From positions 288,001-352,000 of the forward strand of contig CAWCYD010000002.1 in assembly GCA_963799775.1 (NCBI GenBank): DNA of 64,000 nt. The letters run 5' to 3'. A program made the position numbers and the translations under genes. Origin of the DNA: an uncultured archaeon (GTDB lineage Archaea; Thermoproteota; Nitrososphaeria; Nitrososphaerales; Gagatemarchaeaceae). Below the pieces are notes generated by a model, which saw only the letters and a program-made list of their open reading frames with translations, ran no database searches and was not told the DNA's origin. Below are positions 1 through 10,877 of this stretch, in pieces. Positions within the stretch are counted from its first letter, which is position 1; each line of letters opens with the position of its first letter.

Positions 1-899
1 CAGAACAGATGCCGTCTTTCCATTTCACTTTCCTGATGACATCCAGCAGCAACTCGACACAGACAGCCGGTGTGACGAACAATGGCGGGCTGGTCACAGC
101 ATTGGGAGGGGCCTCGGTTCTAGAGTCTTCAGCTCTTGTTGCAAGTGCGACAGCGCTCTTTCTTTTCAGACCTCTGACTGCGAAGAGTGAGCAATGGACC
201 GAACATCGGACGATCTATCTTCTATAGGCTAGATCTTGGCGCTGGACCTATCAGGCGCAGAATAGGAGTCCTGGCGGTAGGATGGAAGCAATGAAGAGGA
301 TAGACGAGTCTCTCGAGGTGAGGACAATTTGGCTCTTGTTGATAGTCTCTGGCATTTCCATCTTCGGGATTTGGGCGCTGAACACCTAATGGTCTCGGGA
401 GAATCGTTATATGGTGCCGACGTCTCAATCGACCTGTTGTCCTTCGCAATGTTCTCGTACATCTACAGGACCACCAAGCTTGGCAATGACGTTCGCCGTA
501 CTGCGCTGATTGGCGGCTCTTGCATGCAGGCGATGCTTGTCTTCCTGGGGCTGTCGCTCTGATTGGATATAGATGGCTCCCTACGGCTCAGATTCCCGAG
601 AGGCGCATCACCGTTGAAAATGAAGCAGTTAGGCATCTCAAATTCATGTCAAAGCTCGTCTAGTCCTTCGATAGATTGCCTATGTCAAGAGACTTGCCCG
701 AACGAGAGGTCTCCGAGCCTCATCAGAGCGAATGCCTTTGCCGATTTGGGAGCGATCTTATCGATTTGTTGACCATGGTTGTTCATGCGGCTACAGAGGA
801 CAAGGCAGGGGAAGAACTCTCGCGAACAGGGCTACACCCTTCTTTCTTCGAACTGATCGCCGAAGACAGGAACCGAAGTTCGGAACTGGTGAGAAACGC

Positions 900-1772
900 G
901 TGAAGACGCGGTCAGGCATCGGAACCCAAACCCTTGCGGCTGTCGCACTTGTCGTGATAATCGTCGTCGGCGCAGGAGCATACTTCGCGCTCTCTGGACC
1001 GAGTTCCAAGTCGAACAGAACTACCACTAGTTCGATTCCAGAGCAGTCGACTTCGACCACAACAAGTTCCAGCTCAACAAGCAGCGTGACAACATCGACA
1101 ACGACCACTAGCAGTGCTACGTCTACCTCTTCTACCTCACAGGTCACAACTCAGCCGTCGACGTCTCAGGCGGGTTTTGGGTTCACCATGACGGCGAACG
1201 CCGCTCAGGCTGTCCTGTCCCCCGGCGACAGCACTAACTATCTGGTCCTAACGCTTACACCTTATCCGAGTGCCAGTGGAAGCGAGACGGTATTCTTCAA
1301 CGGGACAGTTTCGAGCGGTCTGGGGGTGTCGTTCGCCTTCAAGTCGCTCCCGCTTCTTGCTGGGTCGCCCCTAACCGACAACATCTTTCTTAGTGCCTCC
1401 AGCTCGGAGAACGTGGGCAACTACACGCTAACTGCGTCCGCTACTTCGCAGGGTCAGGTTCAGTCCACCTCTATTCAAGTGAGAGTCGTTCAGCACCTGG
1501 TGTACCTGTCATTTTTCCAATTCTCGCCGGCCAACTTTACCGTGCCGAAGGGCTCTACCGTCTACTTCTACAACACGGATGCTCCGCATAATTGGTGCGG
1601 AGAATCCGATTCGGGTGACAAGACAATAAGTTTCACAAGCATAGTGAGCACGACCTCTCCTACGATAGCATCATTCAGTCTTTGGAGCATCACACTCGCT
1701 CAAGGCGGGACATACTCATACATGGACACTGAACACACAACGAGCGGAACCGGAACGATCGTCGTAGATTAG
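900..1772 (+). CDS. Membrane-anchored Ser/Thr-stalked protein with C-terminal cupredoxin-like domain
   Basis: Probable GTG start at 900 (MKTRSG-IGTQ plus hydrophobic helix, class III-like signal); S/T-rich linker; C-terminal FSPANFTVPKGSTVYFYN..PHN..GTYSY..H..GTIVV matches the plastocyanin-like pattern. Confidence 0.7.
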   Translation: MKTRSGIGTQTLAAVALVVIIVVGAGAYFALSGPSSKSNRTTTSSIPEQSTSTTTSSSSTSSVTTSTTTTSSATSTSSTSQVTTQPSTSQAGFGFTMTANAAQAVLSPGDSTNYLVLTLTPYPSASGSETVFFNGTVSSGLGVSFAFKSLPLLAGSPLTDNIFLSASSSENVGNYTLTASATSQGQVQSTSIQVRVVQHLVYLSFFQFSPANFTVPKGSTVYFYNTDAPHNWCGESDSGDKTISFTSIVSTTSPTIASFSLWSITLAQGGTYSYMDTEHTTSGTGTIVVD

Positions 1773-1859
1773 CAATAAGTCAAGATTTCGAAGACCACCA
1801 AGGAATCCTTCACCGACAAGCGCTCGATTCCAGTCAAATGATTTGAGAGTCAGCAGGAG

Positions 1860-2085
1860 GGGTTCAGTCTCAAGCGGCAGGCAACGGATTTCAACGAGCG
1901 CGCCCCTCTTGTGCTCTCCCTGGGCCCTGTCTCGAACCTGTATCCTCCCGCCGTATCTCCCGACGACTAGGGCATGGACCATCGACATTCCGAGCCCCCT
2001 TGCGTTCACGTCCTGGGGCTGAGTGTACCTGGAGAATAGGGAACGCTTCACCATATCTGAGATACCGTCTCCAACATCGTCTATG
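1860..2085 (-). pseudogene. Remnant of histidine-kinase HATPase_c C-terminus
   Basis: DDVGDGI (G1), LFSRY (F box), GLGMSMV (G2), GGRIQV; no N-box or upstream kinase body. Confidence 0.55.
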
Positions 2086-2337
2086 TGCTCGCGGAATGGT
2101 ATCGCGACCGCATCCAGCAGAAGTTCGGCAAGCCCGTCGAACAGTGGGAGGCTGAAAACCACCGCAAGCTCGAGGACGGCCTCTACAGAGGAACCTTGAG
2201 GCGCGGGACCCACACGCGGGTTGCGGATGCGCGCTCGGCGGGAACGGCGAGGAAGTCCACATCCAGCCGATCACGGGAACTTAGAACCACCCGCTTCTTA
2301 GCAGGCTTTGCCGCGTGCGCTCACGCGGGCCGAGGGG

Positions 2338-2712
2338 CTAGGCGAGAGCCCGCCGGTACGCGGCGACAAACTCCGCGTCGGCGACCCCAGAAACCAGCTT
2401 TTCCCTGCCGTCGGGGAATATTATTGGGAACGCCGTGGCTTGGTATGGAAGGTCTAGCAACTCGGTCTTATCTTCGCTGTCGAACTCGTTGACCTTCACG
2501 CAGTCTCCCTGGTCGCACTGGAATTGGTACACCGCGAGTATTCGCCTCTCGCCGAGGCCCCCTCCCCTGGTCCCAGACGTCGTGCGGAACCCTTCCGGGA
2601 GGCGCAGCACGAAGATGGTGTTGGGGGCGTCGAGCTTCGTCAGGTCTATCTCTCGCTCGGAGACGTACACGCAGCGCATGTTCGACCGGACTAGCTCCAC
2701 GAATTCTTGCAA
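2338..2712 (-). CDS. Hypothetical protein
   Basis: 124-aa ORF with globular composition and host-like codon usage. Confidence 0.65.
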   Translation of the reverse strand: MQEFVELVRSNMRCVYVSEREIDLTKLDAPNTIFVLRLPEGFRTTSGTRGGGLGERRILAVYQFQCDQGDCVKVNEFDSEDKTELLDLPYQATAFPIIFPDGREKLVSGVADAEFVAAYRRALA

Positions 2713-2822
2713 GTCGCTTTCCCCTCGACGCGTTGTCGCGGTCGCTTAAAGCCTAAAGCGACAGCACCTGTTCCGCGTCGCCATCGGTGCGGTTATTATC
2801 GAGGCAGGCGCGCGCGCTCTCG

Positions 2823-3398
2823 ATGACGACCGTCGACCTGAACTTCGTGGGGTTTGACATCCCCGTCCTCGTCTCAGCCTCGATTGTCGTGGGCCTTGGC
2901 TCTTACAGGCGGTTCAGAATAGGCGCGCGGAGTCTCGCATCCTACGCAGCAATCTTCCTCGCCATCTCTCTCGCCGGCGTCCTTCTTTTCGAAGCCGCCC
3001 CTGCTCCCAGGAGCCTGAACATCCCAAACGATTGGAGTCTGCTTTTCATGATTGGGTCCGGAGCCCTCTACGCAGCGTTCTTTCAGTCGAGGAGAGCTAT
3101 CCTCGTGGGAATGATCGAATGCTACGCCATCGGCACGTTTGCAATGGTCTTCTGCGACGTGGTCAGGACATGGGTAATCGGGCTGCCGGTCAACCTGCCC
3201 GTCGTGTACTTCGGAGGCGACGGATTCGACGACATGATTTTGAACGTAGGAATATTCATGCAGAGCACCTACGCGACTATCTCGGCCGCCCAGGGCTTGT
3301 GGGACCGGAACCTCGTGGAGAGAGTAATCGGACGCAAGTTGGCCGCCAAGCTCTGGCAGGAGTACCATGGTCGGAGCCCGACCCTTCTAGACGCGTAG
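2823..3398 (+). CDS. DUF1614-like membrane protein
   Basis: Several TM helices; FGGDGFDDMI resembles the DUF1614 IGGAGTFDGI motif; ATG start inferred. Confidence 0.55.
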   Translation: MTTVDLNFVGFDIPVLVSASIVVGLGSYRRFRIGARSLASYAAIFLAISLAGVLLFEAAPAPRSLNIPNDWSLLFMIGSGALYAAFFQSRRAILVGMIECYAIGTFAMVFCDVVRTWVIGLPVNLPVVYFGGDGFDDMILNVGIFMQSTYATISAAQGLWDRNLVERVIGRKLAAKLWQEYHGRSPTLLDA

Positions 3399-3534
3399 AG
3401 GGGAGCATAGGAAGGGAGATTCAGCTAGCGAAAGCAATCAGCGGCCGCGGCTCTGCTTCTGCACTAGGCTCTTTTCCGACAACGCCGCGGCGACCCCCAT
3501 CGAGAGCGCGAGGCCCTCCAGTAGTGGCTTGACC

Positions 3535-3756
3535 TTACTTTGACGCCTTCAACGCCGCGACCTCGACCTCCAGCTTCGCCAGCCTTTCCGCGACCTCGAG
3601 CCTGGTCTCGAACGCAGCGATCCTGCTTTCGATGGCGGCAAGCCTCGGGTCCATCTTTGCGGACAGCTCCAGGTCGACCGTTTGCTTCACCGCCTTGTCG
3701 ACTATGCTCTGGAACCCCTTCTTTCCGAGTTGAGTGCCTAGATTGACCGTTGCCAA
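3535..3756 (-). CDS. Small coiled-coil protein
   Basis: Heptad pattern LAAIESRIAAFETRLEVAERLAKLEVEVAALK. Confidence 0.6.
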   Translation of the reverse strand: MATVNLGTQLGKKGFQSIVDKAVKQTVDLELSAKMDPRLAAIESRIAAFETRLEVAERLAKLEVEVAALKASK

Positions 3757-3950
3757 TTGGAGTTTCTCGAAGTAAAGGCCCGAACGCGAGATATAAGCGT
3801 CGCGTCGCCGATCGATTCACAACCAACTAGAGACGAGCGAGGTGTGACCACTTCTCCAGAGCGGATCTAAAGGGCGATTCGGGGTCGCACGTCCCCGTTG
3901 CCACACCCTGGTCGAACCTGCAACGAGCGGTTCAGGGGCTGAATTCGGAT

Positions 3951-4160
3951 ATGTCGTTCCCTCGCGAGGGCAAGCCCCAGCTGGAGGAGAAGATCCTCAG
4001 CTCCCAGTCCGAAGGCCCCCGGAACTTCGCCGAGCTGACCGCTCTCACAAGCGCGACGCGCGCCGACCTTGTGCAGGCCTTGGAAAGCCTCATGGCTAAG
4101 GGGACCGTCATCAAGAGTTCGGACGGCTTCGGGACCATCTACTCGCGACGCCAATGTTAG
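3951..4160 (+). CDS. Small winged-helix protein
   Basis: FAELTALT..RADLVQALESLMAKGTVIK..GTIYS wHTH pattern. Confidence 0.5.
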   Translation: MSFPREGKPQLEEKILSSQSEGPRNFAELTALTSATRADLVQALESLMAKGTVIKSSDGFGTIYSRRQC

Positions 4161-4217
4161 CCGGTCGAATCGGCTTCGCCGACTCCTTAATCTGCGGCAG
4201 CGTCCCAGGCCCAGGTC

Positions 4218-4676
4218 ATGCACCTTGAGGTCTCCGCTGGGCTGAATGTCCCGCCCGAGACGGCCTTCTCGGCGTTCACCGACTTTGAATCGATGCCAAA
4301 GTGGTCGAAGGGCCTCGTCTCGGTGAGGGTCACAAAGCGGGAGGGCGACGTCGTATTCTTCGAGACCCTCGAGTCTTCACCTACGGGAGAAGTGCGCAAG
4401 GTGGCAGGCAGCGTGACCCTGAGTGACAACAGGGTAGACTCGAAAACTGAGACCCGGTTCTCGGTGGTCACCCGGTCGGTCGTGTTCGACGCGGCTCCAG
4501 GAGGTGGCACTACTGTCACGGCCGCGCTCGACATAGAGTTCAAGGGTCTCTGGGGCGCGGTCCTCCGGAGCAGAGCCAAGAAGGAAAAGGCCGAGACTTC
4601 CGCCCGAGAGGAGCTAGCGTCGTTCGCTCGCTATGTCGAAGGCCTCGGCAAAGTCGGGTCCGGCCTTCTCGCGTGA
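4218..4676 (+). CDS. SRPBCC/START-domain protein
   Basis: VPPETAFSAFTDFESMPKW..V.V signature and C-terminal helix. Confidence 0.8.
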   Translation: MHLEVSAGLNVPPETAFSAFTDFESMPKWSKGLVSVRVTKREGDVVFFETLESSPTGEVRKVAGSVTLSDNRVDSKTETRFSVVTRSVVFDAAPGGGTTVTAALDIEFKGLWGAVLRSRAKKEKAETSAREELASFARYVEGLGKVGSGLLA

Positions 4677-4677
4677 G

Positions 4678-6141
4678 CTATGTCGGGTTCGACCGCCGCT
4701 TCGTGGCCACGACCAGCAGAGCAGCGACCGCCAACGTCCCCGCCCATCCAACGACCCAAAGAGTCGGCACTCCTTCCTGAGGCCCTTGGATGGTCACCGT
4801 CGACGTCTCGTTCGTTGTGATTGTCACGGCCGGCGGTGTCTCTGTCGATGTCACGGTCGACAAGACCGTGGAGGTCAGAGTCAGAGCTCGGCTGGTAGAG
4901 TTCGTTCCCGCGGAGAGCGTCCCGTTGGGATACTCGAGGGGGTAGTGGTTTGCGATGAAAGGCCCAGGCAAGGTCAGCGGCGAGTTGGGCGCTTGACCAA
5001 AGTCGAAGGCCTCCATCAGATTGTTCGCGAGGCCGTCGCGGCTCGTGAGAGGCTGCAGAGAATACGTCGTCTCGATGAACTTGAGGATCGACGTGAAGTC
5101 GCCCTGCGTGTGGTCGACGAACGCCTCTTTCGCGTAGGGTGAGATCACTATGCAAGGGACGCGCATCCCGTAGCCGAATCCGTCCACCTGAGGTGGTGGG
5201 ACGTGGTCATACCACCCTCCCCAGTCGTCCCAGGTGAGGAAGATGGCGGTGGAGCCCCAATAGGGGCTGTTCATCACCGCGTTAATCATCTGCACGACGG
5301 CCTGCTCCCCTCGGGTCACGTTCGCGGGCGGCTCCTCGCTCAAAGTGTCGTTGGCTGGCATGACAAAAGAAACGCTGGGAAGGTTGCCTTCCTTGATGTC
5401 CGTCATGAACTGGCTTGTCTCGGTCAGGCGGTTGAGCCTGGTCTGGTTGTCCATGAACGATGTGAACGCGGGCAGCGGGTTCCAGTTCGTCAACTCCTCG
5501 GAGTACCCCGCGTAATACTTCCAAGACACGTGGCTCGCATCAAGCTCGTCGAAGATTGAGGGGAGGGTGATCTTGTTGTTCTGTATGCTGCTCGAGGTGA
5601 AATTTATCACGCCGTTCCTTTCGTCGGAGGTCCAGCCACCCGACTGCGCTGAGACCAGATAGAGGTGGTTCGGCATGCTCGGGCCCATCACGGACGTGAA
5701 GAAGTTGTCCATCAGGACGAATCGGGACGCGTAGTCCCAGTAGTAGGGTATCGCGTGGTAGTCGTAGTAGCCCATCGTGAGGTTCGAGCCCTCGGCAGTC
5801 ACAAAGCCGTCCATCTTTCCGTTGTCGTAGGCCGCGTGGGCGGCGGCCCAGCTGTTGTCGAGGTTGTGCGCAAGCGTGGTGTTGGTGAGGAGGTAAGGTG
5901 TCACCGACGGAGCGCCGCCGGGAGTGGTCGGGAGCGAGCTGTAGTTGCTGATGCCGTTCGCCCCCGGATAGGTGCCAAAGTAGTTGTCGAAGGTGTGGTT
6001 CTCCTGCACCATCACCACCACGTGCTTGATCGGGGATTGACCAGGGCTCGAGTAGGCATTTGGAAGCTCGGCCATGCTCAGGGAGAGCACTAGGACGACA
6101 AGTAGAGCGATGACATTCGAACGAAATCTCTTTCCCACCAT
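4678..6141 (-). CDS. Membrane-anchored phosphoesterase (phospholipase C/AcpA family)
   Basis: [45 protein letters not shown]; signal peptide; C-terminal S/T linker and TM anchor. Confidence 0.92.
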   Translation of the reverse strand: MVGKRFRSNVIALLVVLVLSLSMAELPNAYSSPGQSPIKHVVVMVQENHTFDNYFGTYPGANGISNYSSLPTTPGGAPSVTPYLLTNTTLAHNLDNSWAAAHAAYDNGKMDGFVTAEGSNLTMGYYDYHAIPYYWDYASRFVLMDNFFTSVMGPSMPNHLYLVSAQSGGWTSDERNGVINFTSSSIQNNKITLPSIFDELDASHVSWKYYAGYSEELTNWNPLPAFTSFMDNQTRLNRLTETSQFMTDIKEGNLPSVSFVMPANDTLSEEPPANVTRGEQAVVQMINAVMNSPYWGSTAIFLTWDDWGGWYDHVPPPQVDGFGYGMRVPCIVISPYAKEAFVDHTQGDFTSILKFIETTYSLQPLTSRDGLANNLMEAFDFGQAPNSPLTLPGPFIANHYPLEYPNGTLSAGTNSTSRALTLTSTVLSTVTSTETPPAVTITTNETSTVTIQGPQEGVPTLWVVGWAGTLAVAALLVVATKRRSNPT

Positions 6142-6211
6142 CGTCTCTCCGCGCCACCTTGAATCTCAAGGCCCTTAAATAACGAAAATCCCGCGAGGAA
6201 ACTGCGACGGA

Positions 6212-6920
6212 ATGGAACGCCCAATCTCCAGCGCACTCATCGCTGAGGCATACGGGCAACTTTCTCCTCACGTTCGTCGGCGGGATGGCCATCGTCGTCG
6301 CATCGGATTCGCAAGTCTTCGGGGCCGGGGCCTCGTTCGGTCTCGGCTTCATAGGGCTCGCGCACGGGTTGGCGCTCCTCGCTGGGATCGCGTCGGTTGG
6401 GAGCATCTCTGGTGGTTTCTTCAACCCAGCCGTAACGATCGCGATGTGGGCAGGGGGAAGGTTCCCAGGGAGACGAGTGTTGCCTTACTTCGGGGTACAG
6501 CTGATCGGTGCTGCTCTTGCGGCGCTCGTGATGCTAGCTATCGTCGGGATGAAGGTAGGGTCGATCTCGGATCTTGGGAGCCAAATCCCGAACCCGAGCC
6601 TACCGCTGGTGTCATCGGTCCTCGCCGAGATAGTGGGGACAACCTTCCTTGCAATGGCCGTCCTCGGGTCCACCGACCACGACTCGCAAGGGATCGCATG
6701 GGCGACGTCGGGCATCGGGTTCGTCTTGGCGGCGACCATCTTCGCCCTCGGCGCCATCTCCGGTGCCTCCCTCAACCCCGCGAGGAGCTTCGGGCCGGCT
6801 CTCGTCTCGCTGCTGTTCAGCACCCAGCCGATGCAATACTATCCGATCTATCTGGTCTGCCCGATCATCGGGGGCCTCTTGGCGGCGGTCCTCTACAGGA
6901 TGATCTACAAGCGTTCCTGA
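6212..6920 (+). CDS. MIP family aquaporin (indel near 6258)
   Basis: Two NPA motifs (FNPAVT, LNPARS); N-terminus AEAYG-TFLLTFVGG joins across a frameshift. Confidence 0.9.
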
Positions 6921-6938
6921 GGTCTGTCTAGACGGCCC

Positions 6939-9217
6939 TCACCGCGCGTTGCCGCCGGACTCCACCCTGTGGACGAGTTCCTTGACCTTGACCACGGTGT
7001 CCGGATTGACCGAGACCGAGTCTATCCCGAGCGAGACCAGGTACTCGGCGAACTCCGGGTAGACAGACGGGGCCTGGCCGCAGATGGACACCGTGATGCC
7101 CTTCCTGTGGGCCCCGTCGATCAGCATCTTGATCGCCTTCTTCACCGCCTCGTTCCTTTCGTCGAAGTAGCCCATCCTTGCGAGCCTGCCCGAATCCCTG
7201 TCGATCCCGAGTATCAGCTGGGTGAGGTCGTTCGAACCGATGCTAAAGCCGTCGCAGAGCTTGGCGAACTCCTCCGCTAGGAAGACCATCGAAGTGAACC
7301 TCCGCCATCAGCCAGACCTTGAAGGTCTCGCCCCGTCTCAGTCCCTCCTCCTCGAGCAGCTCGAGGCACTTCACCACCTCCGACGTCGTCCTGACGAACG
7401 GGAGCATGACCCAGACGTTCGTCAGCCCCATCTTTTCCCTGACCCTCTTGATCGCCTTGAGCTCCATCCGGAATGCCTTCACGTAGTCTGGGGAGATGTA
7501 GCGCGAGACGCCCCGCCACCCGATCATCGGGTTCGACTCGACGTCCTCGAACTTCCCGCCGCCCTCGAGCTCCTTGTACTCGTTCGTCTTGAAGTCCGAG
7601 AACCTCACGACGAGAGGGCGAGGTCTTATCTCCCTCGCGACCGTGGCGATCCCTTCCGAGACCCTGTCCACGAAGACGCTCTCCCTGCCCGTCTCGATGA
7701 GGTGCATGGGATGCTCCCCGACGTAGCTCGCGATGATGAACTCCACCCTCATGAGGCCTATCCCGTCGAACGGGATCTTGGCGTAGTCCTTGATCTTCTC
7801 CGGCACGCCGAGGTTCATGTAGATCTTCGTGCGGGTCTTGAGCTTCCTCGCCGCCTCGATCTCCTCCGCCGAGATTGTCGCGGCGGCCACGGGGGCCACC
7901 TTCCCCTTGAATACCAGCCCCCTCGAGCCGTCCACGGTGACCGTCATGCCGTTCTTCAGGACCTTGGTCGAATTGGACGTCCCGACGACACAGGGGACCC
8001 CCAGCTCCCTGCTCACGATCGCGGCGTGGCTGGTCATGCCTCCCTCATCGGTGACTATCCCCGAGGTCTTCACCATCAGCGGGACGTAGTCAGGGGTCGT
8101 CATCCTCGTGACGAGGATGTCCCCCTTGTCCACCTTTGCGAAATCCTTCGGGTCCAGGACCAGTTTGACAGGCCCCGTCCCTATGCCGGGGGAGGCGCCG
8201 AGCCCTTTGACGATCGGTCTCTCCTCGATTACGCCTTCGTCCCTTTTCTTCGAGATTACGGTGACCGCCCTCGTCTGGACGAGGTAGGTCTTGCCGCCCT
8301 CGATGGCCCACTCAAAGTCTTGGGGATACTTGTAGTGCTCTTCCAGCCGCTTGCCCAGCTGCCACAGTCCCTCAAGCTCCTTGGCGCTGAGGACCGGCTT
8401 GTCCCTGAGGCTCGCGGTGAACCTGGACCGTGACGAGGCCTGAGGCCTGCGCGCTCGCCTTCTTCATCTGGGTCTTGCGTGCGAGCCGCCGATCTATGAC
8501 CTTGCCCGTCGTCTTGTCCAACGTGAAGGTGTCAGGGGCCAGCCGTCCGGACACAATCTCCTCGCCCTGCCCATAGACCGCCTCGATGACCGCCTGCGTG
8601 CGGTCTCCCGTCATGGGATGGATGGTGAACCCTACGCCGGCCTTTTCGCTCATTATCTGCTTCTGGACGACGACGGCGGTGGAGATGGAGTGGGAGCCGA
8701 ACCCTCGCTTTGCCCTATAGAATATCGCCCTGGCCGTGTAGACCGAGGCCCAGCACTTCTTTATCGCAGCGAGCACCTCGTTCGCGCCCTTGACATTGAG
8801 CAAGGTTATCTGCTGCCCAGCGAAGCTCGCGTCGCGCAGATCCTCCATCGTCGCGGAGCTTCTCACAGCGACCGCCAAGGCCTTCGAGTCGCCGCTCAGT
8901 TCCCTGTACGCGAGGGCCACCTCGCCGGCGACCTCGCCGGGCATGGTGGACGACTCCACCAGTTTCCTTATCTTGGCGGCTCCCTTCTCAAGGCTCTCGA
9001 GGTCGTCCAGGTCTATGCCCTTTAGGGCCTGCTGAAGCTTCTCGTCCAGTCCATGCCACTTTGCGAACCCCTTGTACGCCTTCGTGGTGACGACGAAGGC
9101 TTCGGGGACTGGGAGCCTCGCTCGATACATCTCTCCCAGGTTCGCTCCCTTGCCGCCCGCGAACCCCACGTCGAACTTGGTTATCTCGTCCAGAGACCGG
9201 ATATACTGCGAGTTCAA
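6939..9217 (-). CDS. ppsA: Phosphoenolpyruvate synthase (split by indels)
   Basis: [42 protein letters not shown] (phospho-His), [26 protein letters not shown] across four ORF pieces; TTG start inferred. Confidence 0.93.
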
Positions 9218-9336
9218 GATGACCTGAACGTCGGGACCGTCCCGGCCATCCTTAAGAGTTAGCCAGAAGAAAGTTCGCCCCGTCAGCTCATTCGCAAAGC
9301 TCTTCCGTCCCGCCTTATCTGGGAAGGGCGAGGACC

Positions 9337-10052
9337 ATGCCATCGTTGGGCTTCTTTGTGGGGGTCTCGGGCTTCAGCTACGCGAGCTGGAGGGGCAGGT
9401 TCTATCCCAAGGAGATGAAGGGCGAGGAGTTCCTAGCTTTCTACTCCAAGCACATGAACAGCGTCGAGATCAACCGCTCGTTCTATGCCATGCCCAAGGA
9501 GTCGACCGTGAGCAGTTGGGCCGAGAAAACAAGCGAGGACTTCAAGTTCGCGTTCAAGGCCCCGCAGCAGATCACTCACATCCTGAAACTGGGCGCGGGC
9601 TCAGCTGAGGCCGCAGAGAGGCTCTGGAAGGTCATGGACGCCCTCGGTCCGAGGAAGCTGCCCCGTCCTCTTTCAGCTGCCTCCCTACTCGAAGCATGGA
9701 CCTCAAGCGCCTTGAGGAGTTCCTTGCCCAGACCTCGACAGTCGAGGATAGGGTCTTCGAGTTCAGGCACGAATCATGGTTGGCGGAACCGACCTTCGCG
9801 CTTCTCGACAGGCACGACGCCGGCTTTTGCGTGGCCGAGACCGAGGATCTGGAGCCGGTCCTAAAGGCGACTGGAGGCTTCGCATATTTTCGGCTCCGGA
9901 AGGACTCCTACGACGAAAAAGGCGTCGACGCCTGGGCGAAGAAGATCAAGGGGCTAGCTGCGGGCTCAAGAGAGTGCCACGTCTACCTCCGCCACGACGA
10001 GACGGGTGAGAACGCGGTCCTGGCTCAGAGGCTCTCAGCGAAACTCAAATGA
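9337..10052 (+). CDS. DUF72 family protein (frameshifted)
   Basis: VGVSGFSYASWRGRFYP, SVEINRSFY, FEFRHESW, YFRLR. Confidence 0.88.
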
Positions 10053-10063
10053 CGACGGCAGGC

Positions 10064-10713
10064 CTAGGGCCTTCTGCCTTCTAGCCAAGGGGCGAGGTCC
10101 TTCCTCAGCGTCGCCAAGGACGTGAACCTGAAGGCCCACCTGATGCCGAAGCTCCGCGCCCCATCGACGTTCGCCTCCTTGTCATCGATGAAGACGACCT
10201 CTGAGGGAACCGCGCCGATCTCTCCAGGGCCCTCCTGAAGGCCAGAGCTTCGGGCTTGACGCTCCCCAGTTCGCATGAGCAGAGGAACCCGTCGAAGAGC
10301 CTGTCCCACTTCTTCCTCCGAACAAGGCTTGCATGCGGGGGAGAGGTGTTCGAGAAGAGGTAGACCAGGAAGCCCGTGTTCCTCAATGTCTCTACGAGCC
10401 TCACGGTGCCGGCACTGAACTTCACGAGCCGCTCGAAGGGCCTGGTCCAGAGCTCATCGGGAGAGTCTCCCTCCTTCAAGTGTTTCCCAAACTTCGCCAG
10501 GGCATGGGCAAGATACTCATCCATAGAGAGCTTGCCAGACTCGAGCCTCAGGAGAGAGGATTCAAGGGCGACCCTCATTTCTTCTCGGGGGACTCCGTAT
10601 CTCTTGGCGACGTAGTCAAAGATGGGGTTGTTGTTCTTCCACTTGATCACGACGCCTCCAAAGTCGAAGATGAAGACCGGGAGTCTAGCGCTTTTCTTCC
10701 CCCTCGAGCCCAT
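10064..10713 (-). CDS. HAD-IA hydrolase (frameshifted)
   Basis: FIFDFGGV, LFSNT, SCELGSVKP, VFIDDKEANVDGA. Confidence 0.88.
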
Positions 10714-10763
10714 GCTCCGGCACCCGCGAGTTGCGGTTATAGTCTTGCGCGCGCCCACCGCTG

Positions 10764-10877
10764 GATATTCCTAAATGGCATAAAGTGAATAGTTGATTAT
10801 TATTATTTTATTCCTTGTGCTTAAATTGTTCTGGAAAACTGGTAGTCCAGTTTGAACAACAGAAACGTCGCGGTGGC
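10764..10877 (+). promoter_or_regulatory. AT-rich promoter, copy 1 (paralogous to 12431-12542)
   Basis: GATATTCC..TGGCATAA..TGAATAGTT..(ATT)n..CTTAAATTG..AAAACTGG..TTGAACAACAGAA shared by both copies; TATA-like CTTAAA about 26 nt before the TTG start. Confidence 0.75.

Noticed and set aside
2245-2305. GAGGAAGTCC resembling the RNase P RNA conserved region
   Set aside because: Too short, no P4 partner at a plausible distance, and it reads as the coding tail GNGEEVHIQPITGT followed by a stop
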